Assembly (NCBI GenBank): GCA_964019425.1
Contig: OZ025801.1
Coordinates: forward strand, 496,001 to 560,000
DNA from: Flectonema sp. DT1601
Taxonomy: Eukaryota
DNA length: 64,000 bases
Direction: 5' to 3'
The notes beneath the pieces are model-generated. The model searched no databases, was not told the DNA's origin, and saw nothing but the letters and a program-made list of their open reading frames with translations. A program made the position numbers and the translations under genes. Positions 45,033 through 54,346 of this stretch are shown here, in pieces; position 1 is the stretch's first letter, and every line of letters begins with the position of its first letter.

Positions 45033-46319
45033 CTATGAAGAACTGCTATGAGACTCCACCCTGAGAACGTCTTTAATTGGGTGGCTACTCATGAATGATG
45101 CAAACACCTTACGAATATGAAGTGGCATTCCAGTCTTACGAAGAAATTCAATACCAAATGATGAAAGGAATGTCTTCGCATCCATTGCAGTAAATTGCAT
45201 ACAGATGTCAAAAGGATAAGAAGGGATGAGTAAACCAATCATACCGTCATCAGTCATAATTACCTCATTAATAAGCTCCAGCAAGATAGCAGATTCAATC
45301 ACGCCCGATGCAAGTTCAATTCGGATATCAACTTTTGTAATCGCTACATTTCTAACACTCGGAGGAAATCCTTCAGTTATTTTTAAAAAAGGAATAAAAC
45401 AAACAGCTTCAGGAGCCATATAAACAGTAGTTTGAACAGTACTCCCAAGCTGGTTAAAAGTTGGTTCAACTTGAGAGACTGTCATCGGAACGTAATTTTC
45501 TTTAATATCACCGCGAGAGTCAATTTCTCTAACGATAATAGTTAACCGAGCAGAAGACTCTGATTCTATTAATTCTGATGTTCTGTCTGAAGTAGTTAAC
45601 TTTGCTAATGTTGAATAGACATCTTTTTTAAGAAGGGGAATACTAAATGATCCCATCGGTGACATTTCTGATACACTACCAGGACTAGCTGCGTAGTAAT
45701 AGTCAATATCAGCATGCATCGATAGTACAGAGATTGCTAGGGAGGCGGCGACAATGTCAATGTATGCTGTTCCACAAGGTTTGGTTAATAAAATTGGAAA
45801 TCGTTGTTTGTCCATGTGGCTGACTTCAAAATCTAATTCCTGTTGTGTGTTTACCATCTTGCCATCAATTTGAAGGATAATGTGACCAATTTTTAAACCA
45901 CTTTTCTCTGCTACACTTTCAGGTTTTACGTCGACGATTTCAAGACCAGTCACGGCGTCGTTTCCTAATAGAGGTGATCTTTCCTCTGGTTCAACAGTCA
46001 CACCAAGTAAACGTTCCCCTTTTAAATCTACCCAAATTGTTATTGGTTCTCGCTTCGACCATGCTCTCAACATTTTTCTTTCACGTCGTCTTCTGTAAAT
46101 GCAAAACAACAATGATGCATAACAAATGACTGAAATAACAACTATTATTGCAATTTCATATCCAGCTAGTAGGGGTCCGTCTGACATGTCTCTGTCATCT
46201 AGCAGCGGAGGTTGTACCGTAATAGTTGTACTCAGTGTAGCTGTCGGAACATTTCTAGAGAGGGAAATAGTCTCAGAACCAGTCAATGTGATTGTCGCCG
46301 TAGTAATGTTTGATGACAT
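45033..46319 (-). CDS. Single-pass membrane protein with Thr-rich ectodomain and cytosolic PDZ domain
   Basis: TM IAIIVVISVICYASLLFCIY-RRRR; PDZ motif IVDVKPESVAEKSGLKIGHIILQIDG. Confidence 0.8.
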   Translation of the reverse strand: MSSNITTATITLTGSETISLSRNVPTATLSTTITVQPPLLDDRDMSDGPLLAGYEIAIIVVISVICYASLLFCIYRRRRERKMLRAWSKREPITIWVDLKGERLLGVTVEPEERSPLLGNDAVTGLEIVDVKPESVAEKSGLKIGHIILQIDGKMVNTQQELDFEVSHMDKQRFPILLTKPCGTAYIDIVAASLAISVLSMHADIDYYYAASPGSVSEMSPMGSFSIPLLKKDVYSTLAKLTTSDRTSELIESESSARLTIIVREIDSRGDIKENYVPMTVSQVEPTFNQLGSTVQTTVYMAPEAVCFIPFLKITEGFPPSVRNVAITKVDIRIELASGVIESAILLELINEVIMTDDGMIGLLIPSYPFDICMQFTAMDAKTFLSSFGIEFLRKTGMPLHIRKVFASFMSSHPIKDVLRVESHSSSS

Positions 46320-47284
46320 TTCATGTGATTATTTGTACACAACTTTCTATAAATGAAAAGACTATTCGACGTAAAAAAAAAAAAAAAAAAACTCTTCACT
46401 TGACGTTGACTAGGGCATCTCATAATTGAACCTCTCTGTTGAACTGTTTTTTCGAATGAGAATTTTTATTTGTCAAGAAAAACTCAGAACCATAAATTTT
46501 ACTAAAATAAGAAGTGCCGGAGCAACACCAAACAACAAGAACTGCTCTGTTAACACCCTCCGGGAAAAGAGAGGAAAATAACGAGGATCACACACGTACG
46601 TACGGTTATGACTCATACACAATGAGGTCGAGAAAAGACTGACCACTATTGCTAATAACGAGGTGAAACAAAAAAAAGAAAAAGAAAATATACATGTGAA
46701 AAGAAGATAGCTTGCAGCATACTTTAATTTTTTTTAATTTTTTTTTAACTTTTTTAATTCTCATTTTGGATATTCTTCTTTAGTTGAGGCGCCGTGACGT
46801 CAACATAGAGAAGCTTAATGTACACCAAGAACAGACACTTAATAAATATTTAAGAAAATATTATCGTTTCGGGGGAGATACAACATCTGATTGTCGACGT
46901 TCGAGGTTGTTGTGAGTAAAGCAGCCACGCTATCTATCTTTGTATAAAAAAAAAAAGAAGAAGAAGAAGAAGAACAAGAACAAGAACAAGAAAATTGGTG
47001 AGGGGCGTGAATAAATTGTGTGAGAGAATTTTTTTTTTTTTTTTTCCTTTTGTTCGATATGAGAGCAACAGTGCCTTTCAACAATTAATTGAAAGGCACA
47101 CAAAGCCAGATCAATCCTTTTCCCGAATGAAGGGCAAAGGAGGGAAAGTGAGATGGCCCAGATATATATTTTTTTCTAGTCATCGCGTACGATCATCTCA
47201 CACGTTTTTTTTTTTTTTTTATATTGCGTTTTTTTTTTTGGGCTTGCTTTTTCTTTTTTTTTTTTTTTCCCTTCAACAAGCACT

Positions 47285-48268
47285 CTAATAATAAGCGCTC
47301 TTTGAACCAGAAGAGTGCATGTGATTGATGAGAGTCACTGCATCGAACACAGGACGTTTGCATTCTTTTTTTAACTCATCTGCGTAAGCTGGAAGTTCAG
47401 TGCACTCAAGGAGGAGGCAACAAATTGATCTGTCCTTCTCCAAGACTTCTTTAACCTTCTTGACAAGCGCTGGTTGGACGACTTCGCAATTAACCGTGTC
47501 CCCCTTCGCAACTGCGTCAAAGCCTTCTACGTCTTGGCATCCCATAATGAGAAACCTATCATGCGAATGATCCTCAAGGTGACAAATTTTTAACAGCTTC
47601 CTTAAAGCTTCTGGAGTTAGAGTCACGCTGTTGGCAGTTAAAATCAAAACCTTTTCATCCTCTTGGTAGACAGATGCTAGCAAAGAACACTGCATCAAAC
47701 TTGAAAGGTAGACTGGAAGGTTAGTCATCATTCCCACCTTAGCCTGATACCATTGCATGAATCCACAATCACCAGTGATTCCTGATACGCCAAGTCTTTC
47801 AAGTTGTCTGACGCAATGCAACATGTTTTCAGCAATCTCTTCATCCCAGTATCCTTCTTGGGCTCTTTCGAAGGTGAGTCCAGCGCACATGACTCTTCTG
47901 GTGAGGAATCCGAAACTATCGTCGCTGTCTACGTCACCCGGGATGGACTTGTAGTCGTAGTGAATTCTAATAATTCCAACAGTCTTTGATGCCCTCTTTT
48001 GGTCGATCAGACGCTGTTCGTCACACCTCTCATAATCATCAACTCGTTTCTGGAGTTCAGTCATCTTCGCGACATTGGCCTCATGTTTTCGCGACAGGTC
48101 CTTAAGTCTCCCAACGTGGTCTTCAATGCGCTCAACTCTACCAAGAACATCCTGCGCCTTTGATAGAGTTTCATTAGTCTTAGAAACTCCCTTTTTCTTC
48201 GAGTTCTTCTTCGCAGCTGGCTTTCTTGGGGCAGATCTTGGTGGAGATGATGCTTGAGTGAAACCCAT
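47285..48268 (-). CDS. Asp/Glu/hydantoin racemase superfamily protein with N-terminal coiled extension
   Basis: GITGDCGF and LLECTELP two-cysteine motifs; PVYLSSLMQ, KVLILTA, PVFD. Confidence 0.8.
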   Translation of the reverse strand: MGFTQASSPPRSAPRKPAAKKNSKKKGVSKTNETLSKAQDVLGRVERIEDHVGRLKDLSRKHEANVAKMTELQKRVDDYERCDEQRLIDQKRASKTVGIIRIHYDYKSIPGDVDSDDSFGFLTRRVMCAGLTFERAQEGYWDEEIAENMLHCVRQLERLGVSGITGDCGFMQWYQAKVGMMTNLPVYLSSLMQCSLLASVYQEDEKVLILTANSVTLTPEALRKLLKICHLEDHSHDRFLIMGCQDVEGFDAVAKGDTVNCEVVQPALVKKVKEVLEKDRSICCLLLECTELPAYADELKKECKRPVFDAVTLINHMHSSGSKSAYY

Positions 48269-48984
48269 TATTTTTTTTTAAATAAAAAGATCAAAAAGGT
48301 TGCTGGGGGGAAAGGGGGGGGTTGAATGTTTGAATTTATAAAACACAACTGTATTGTATCATATTAACATAACGATAATTTAACAATCTGTTAAGGATAC
48401 AGTGAACTATGGGTAATATGCTTAACATAGCCTTTTTGTAAGTAACAACTATTAGGGTTTCGAGAGTAATCCATGTACCTCTTAACCTCTAAAACTCAGT
48501 CGGTTCGTAGAAGAAGTATTTCTGTGAAAGGGAAAAAACTCCGTAAAGTTCTAAAAATATCCAATTTTCAAGAGAATCTTTCCAAATCAAGTAAATCTCC
48601 CTTCCCTGCTAAGGGGAATTTCGAAGTTCCATACGTGAAGAAACACTCTTGTGAGGAACAAGAGTGTTATTTTCCCCTTCCCAGTAGCAGCCTATCCTGT
48701 AAAGAAAAAGAAATATAACTGAGCCTTTTTGTTCTCGTTCGGTAATTAAAAAAAGGGTTAAAAACATAGATGGAAGTTCCCTCCAAATTTGGAGTGTAGG
48801 GAACTTCCATATATGTAAAATGAAAAATTCTATAATAAAATAATAATTTTTTTTTACATTTCCCTCAATAATAAAATTTTCTAATAACAATTTGACAAAT
48901 AAAACAATATTTAAAAAAAAAAAAAAAGATGTACAAAAAAAAAAAAAAAAAAAAAAAGAAATCTAATCAAAACAATACAAAATA

Positions 48985-49758
48985 TCATTCAGCTAACTGA
49001 GGGATTTGAACGTATGTGCCTTGTTTTGGCGGTGAATTCGCATGCTGTGATGGATCGATGTCATCAAAAGAATCACTGTCTGCGTACAGAGCATTCTTAA
49101 ATGAAGGTTGGTTTGGATTCGGATTGCTAAAAGCAGTTTTAATGTTATCCAATTCGAACTGTTTGTGTGAAGCCGTACCGTCAGACGAATTGAGTCTCCT
49201 ACGAACAATGTATCCTGATATTGCTGCAAACCAAATGACTGCATAGAAACAAGCAATCCAAAAAAGAGGATTTCTTATGTAAGTTGTTTTATCATTCCAA
49301 AGTCTGACATTCAAGGGAACAGCTGGTTCGTACCAACAGGTCTGAAGAGATCCTATTTCTCCATACTTTTGTAAGAATCTTTCCGCTTCTTTCTCTGAAG
49401 ATCTAAAGCCACCATCATGCGATGACCAACAAGTTGATTGAAGTAAAGTATTATTAACTACGTATTCAACTGTAATAAAACTACGAAATCCATTATGTGT
49501 CTGCTGAACTGCTGATATTCCCTTAACGAGACAAGTCACTTCAGCATCACGTCCATTCACATCATCGGAAAACCTCTCTCTCGATCTAACTTCTTTCCAT
49601 GCTTGCAATGCTATAAAGCACATGCAAAATACGGCAAGCAACCCAGTTACTACCAGAACCACCTTCATGGCTACTACTGTTTTAGATTGTGGTGGATCGT
49701 CCATACTGTCACCGTCGTCATTCCACTCCTTGGTGGGGCTGGTGGCTTCGTATGACAT
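48985..49758 (-). CDS. Two-TM protein with Cys-containing loop (BK-channel beta / DUF3592-like topology)
   Basis: TM, TCLV...YVV...GSLQTCWYEPAVP, TM. Confidence 0.6.
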   Translation of the reverse strand: MSYEATSPTKEWNDDGDSMDDPPQSKTVVAMKVVLVVTGLLAVFCMCFIALQAWKEVRSRERFSDDVNGRDAEVTCLVKGISAVQQTHNGFRSFITVEYVVNNTLLQSTCWSSHDGGFRSSEKEAERFLQKYGEIGSLQTCWYEPAVPLNVRLWNDKTTYIRNPLFWIACFYAVIWFAAISGYIVRRRLNSSDGTASHKQFELDNIKTAFSNPNPNQPSFKNALYADSDSFDDIDPSQHANSPPKQGTYVQIPQLAE

Positions 49759-51258
49759 TTTTTTTGTTTTCGTATTTTACAATCAGAAACAAGACCTACA
49801 AAAGAAATAAAAGTAAAGATGTCAACAATTACCAACCAAAAGAGATGAAAATACAAAATTCTGATCGCAATAATGTTTCAATGTCGGACCTGTTGTAGAA
49901 AAGTTTTTTTAAAGAAAAAAAAAAAAAAATAACTCCAAAAAACTGTAAAATAAATAGAAGCAAGGGAATGAGCAATTCGTTCACCAGGGATTATTAATCG
50001 AGGCCAGAGAAGTCGGACTTCCAGAGAAACTCTCACAGTTGAGAAAGAAACCAGAAGTGACTACCCAGACCCAGTGTAAGAGACGGCTGATAACGCCAAG
50101 AGAGGGAATAAAATAATTTTAAAATAAATAAAAAAAAGTAAACATAATATGACACTGTCGCTATATATTTTGCCAGGTCACAGGGCGTGAACGATCTTAA
50201 TAATGGGATAGATGTAGGAAGAGAGGGTCAAAGAAAATAAAGGGAGAGAAGACAAACCATCAGCTCCTATACTATCAAAAAAAGAAAGAAAAAAAAACAA
50301 GAAACCGATTTCAATGTTGTAATTCTCCTCTCCACTTCATTCTTAAAAAAAGGAATGTATGATGCGCGATCATTTGATCAAAAAAAAGTTGCTGGTTTTT
50401 TGTTTTTTTTTCTTAATATAACAACGTGTTGTTAGTTGGTTTTTTATGCACGAAAGTTGTGGTTGTCGCCAAAACATTAGTTTTTTTTTAGCTCCAAATG
50501 TTTAAATGTACAAAAATTGTAGAGAGAAAAAGGGAAGTACTTTCTAAGGGGAAAAAAAAAAAAAAAAAAAAAAAGAAACTAGTAAAAATTGCTTAGAGCC
50601 CCACTGAGACTGCGAGCCTACAAATGACAAGCAAATCCTGCAGAACCATAGCAAGTTTTTTTTTTTTTTTTTTTTTTTTAAAAACATATAAAAAGGGTGT
50701 GCTTAGAATACATCCCTCACGAGAAGGCAATAAACAAAAAAAGACATCACACAAAGTTACTACAATATTTCACAACTGATTTTTTGTTAAGTGAATACCG
50801 TCAAACTTTAGCATGATGCCTGCAGAAAACAAAAATAAAAACCAGAACAACACACGATAGAGAACTCAAAAGGCAGATAGTACATATTCCGTGCCGCTGA
50901 TAACTTTTTTTTTTTTTTTTTTTGTTATAGTTCTCCATAGGTGGTTGTTTAGGATAATAAAAATAATTTTTTTTTTTTTTTGAATTTTTTGTTTTTATAA
51001 AAAGCATACTTGTACCCCTTTAAAGGGGGCAAAATAAAGGGGAAATTAAAGGGCTTTTAATGCCCTTTAATTTCCGTAATTCCAAAATAAAGGGGAAATA
51101 AAGGGCTTTTAATCCAAATAAAGGGCTTTTTTTCCTTTTTTTCCAAAATAAAGGGGAAATAAAGGGGAAATAAGCGGAATAAAGGGGGGTGGGAAAGCCC
51201 CTTTATTTCCGCTTTATTTATTAAATCCCAAGGCACCCACCACGCTGCGTCATCCTAA

Positions 51259-52132
51259 GTCGGAAAGGAAATTACTCGAAAGTCGGGGCAGTTCGAACGT
51301 CAGCATTCACATCAGCAAGCAACCAGTCCTGAGTACTTAAAGAACCCAACCATTACGTGGATCAGTCACAGTCACACTTAGTATAGCGTTAGTACAGAGG
51401 ACACGGATCTGCTATGCAGGGAAGTGACTTGAACTCGTTCAACTAATTAATGTGTGTAGATATAAGCGCCGCGAATTGACGGGTCTGAAGTTATGCTTTC
51501 CGAAGAGAGCAACCACCCACGCGAGTGTTATTTTGACGCTATAACCTGTGACTTTCAACACGTAACAACCAGGGATAATTCTCAGTAAGGCCGCCGTCAC
51601 CGTGAAGCTGCTACGAATATAACCCAACAAACTAGCAATTCCTCCAACCTTTTTCGTCAGTCGGGATTGTTACACGCCGGAAAAGGAAACTACTCGAAAG
51701 TCGGGGCAGTTCGAACGTCAGCATTCACATTAGCAAACAACCAGTCTTGAGAACCCAATCATTACGTAACATGTAACAACCAGGGATAATTCTCAATAAG
51801 GCCGCCGTCACCGTGAAGCTGCTACGAATAACAGTTCGAACGTCAGCATTCACATTAGCAAGCAACCAGTCTTGAGAACCCAACCATTACGTGCATCAGC
51901 CACAGTTAACCTGCAACTTTCAACATGTAACAACCAGGGATAATTCTCAATAAGGCCGCCGTCACCGTGAAGCTGCTACGAATAACAGTTCGAACGTCAG
52001 CATTCACATTAGCAAGCAACCAGTCTTGAGAACCCAATCATTACGTAACATGTAACAACCAGGGATAATTCTCAATAAGGCCGCCGTCACCGTGAAGCTG
52101 CTACGAACATAACCCAACAAACTAGCAATTCC
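51259..52132 (+). repeat. Internal alternating A/B tandem array, four copies of each module
   Basis: A = cagttcgaacgtcagcattcacat...gaacccaa; B = gtaacaaccagggataattctca.taaggccgccgtcaccgtgaagctgctacgaa. Confidence 0.9.
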
Positions 52133-53516
52133 ACTCACTTCGAACGCACTCAGCCAGAGAGCTTGCCAACAGAACAGAACGCAAGGTTACTTTCGGGTCC
52201 AATCTTCGCCGTGAGCCTGGTGTCTTGTGCTGGGCTGGGTTTCCAGAGGGCCTCACCATGCACACAAACTCCTGGATGGGACGATCGAGGGAATCAACCA
52301 AGCCGAGAACTGAACCGGAAGGATAGGCTTACAAGACTAACCTGAAGTAAACTTCAGAGCTTCGCTTTCCAGCATGCCGAAACAGAGCCATGGAAGGGGA
52401 TTACACAACAACCTCATTAAACCCACTGGCCACCCCGTGCATAGTCGCCGCCAATGGTTATTACTATCCAAAGCGCTAACACGAGGCACCACACATTCGT
52501 AAGAAGGGAGTCCTACCGGAACGGACCACGCATCTGATTCTACTGGTTAAAGCAACTCCGAAAGAATGTATTCTCCATGATTTCAGACATGTAACTTTTG
52601 GATATCATGCTCCTGTCTAATTGTTCCCACATAAGCTTTTGTCTTGAGAGATTGAAAATAAAGTTTGTAGTAATAGCCTAAAGAGAGGAGAAAGTTTTTA
52701 TTTTAAAATTGCGAGAAAAAATGATGTCAAGTCAAATTGACCAGGTATTTCTCTGACAATCTTGACTGTCAGCGGCAGCGTAGTAAATGACTGCAGATAA
52801 ATAAATACCACGTGAACATAGTTGAGCACCACTTGCTTGATGTAACCGCAACAGTTTTTTATAAAACCCATGAGTATTTAATTAATAATTATATTGTCTT
52901 GAAAACTTGAAGGGGGTTAACTGTTGGATTTTATACGATTCCTCTCAGCTGCATACACATCTCTTTTTTCCGTGTTGTCATTCAGTGCAGTACGGAATCG
53001 AGTTATTCAACTGTGAATTAATCACCAAGACGAACACCAGGAAGGGGGGCGTTTGAGTTTGATTTGTAAAATACAACTATATCATCATAACGATATTTAA
53101 CATCATAAGGAAACCGCTAGCTACCATGCTGGTAACTGACCAACTCAGTCAACTCACTAATCTTTGGCCACCGTTCCGACTTTCTTTCCTTTCACACCGA
53201 CAGTCCTCTAACGGACTAATCACGTATCGAAAAAAACAGCGAAGGTCGAGCAACTTAATACCTCGTGCCGAAATTCTTGTGAGGAACTCAAGAATTTTTG
53301 CTGAAAAAAAAATTTCCAAAAAAAAAATTCCTCACAATAATAATTCCTTACCAGATCACCAAAGGAAACCCCCAGTAAAAATTTTTCCTTGATCAGGAAT
53401 TATTTTTGTGGGAGAAGAATCTTGTGAAATAACGATTTTTGAGGAGAAATTCCTTGCAAGGATAATTCCCGCAATAAGAATATAGGAAAGAAAATTAAAA
53501 AAAAACTTTTTTAAGT

Positions 53517-53588
53517 GACGCTGGTTGTCCACTGGTATGATTGTGGATTTGCATTCGCTAGGCTGCAGGTTCGAGTCCTGGTGGAGGA
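53517..53588 (+). pseudogene. Degenerate tRNA-like sequence inside the TIR element
   Basis: TGGTATGATT D-arm-like segment, TTTGCAT loop, CAGG-TTCGAGT-CCTG T-arm, then an oligo-T run; the acceptor stem does not pair. Confidence 0.55.
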
Positions 53589-54346
53589 TTTTTTTTTTAA
53601 TTAAAAACCATTAAAAGCCCTTTATTTTTATTTTTCCAAATTAAAGGGGAATTAAATCCCCTTTAATTTTAAAATAAAGGGCCCTTTAATTCATTAAATC
53701 CCCTTTAATTCCCCTTTATTTCATTAAATTGGAAAATAAAGGGGAATTAATTAAAAGCCCTTTAATATTAAAAGCCCTTTATTTCCGCTTTAATTTTTAA
53801 TTCCCCTTTAAAGGGGTACAAGTATGAAAAAGTAAGAAAAAATAATCAACTTTACATGTGTAAGTACGGCAGAAACACCTAAATCCATGTTTCCGCCATA
53901 TTATTAAAGCTAGAAGTGATCACATATGCTGCCCAACATTATTTTTTACTCAAAGTTTGACAAACAAAAATAAACTATACGTTTTTTGGTATGAAGAAGA
54001 ATAATACTGAAAGGCGTCAAATTACAACCAAAAGAAAATCACCGAACACAAAAAACTAGTGTAGAAGAAAAGTATCTCGTTTATTTATTATATTTTTTTT
54101 TTTTTTTTAAATAAAAACGTGAAGTGTGTGTCTACCACATCTGGTAGTTGTGATCGTTGACTCTCTTGATGTACTTCGACAAAAAATATTAATAAAAAAA
54201 GAGGAAAATACTTAATATACAACACTGGACTCGTGCATTAGAATTGTTGTTGTTTTTTTTTTTTTTTGATTGTTTCTTCATTCAGAATGTAGTCGCCACA
54301 ATACAATTTTTTTTTTTTTTTTAAGAATTCCAAAGACCCTTTCCTA

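Larger units (their letters stand above)
51005..53826. mobile_element. 2822-bp non-autonomous TIR DNA transposon with 6-bp TSD (AAAAAG)
   Basis: 24-bp perfect TIR catacttgtacccctttaaagggg; TSD at 50999-51004 and 53827-53832; ~200-bp subterminal arrays of aataaagggg motifs, inverted at the two ends. Confidence 0.92.

Noticed and set aside
51259..52132. CRISPR or guide-array reading of the A/B array
   Set aside because: Inter-repeat segments are deletion variants of each other, not unique spacers; no nuclease ORF nearby
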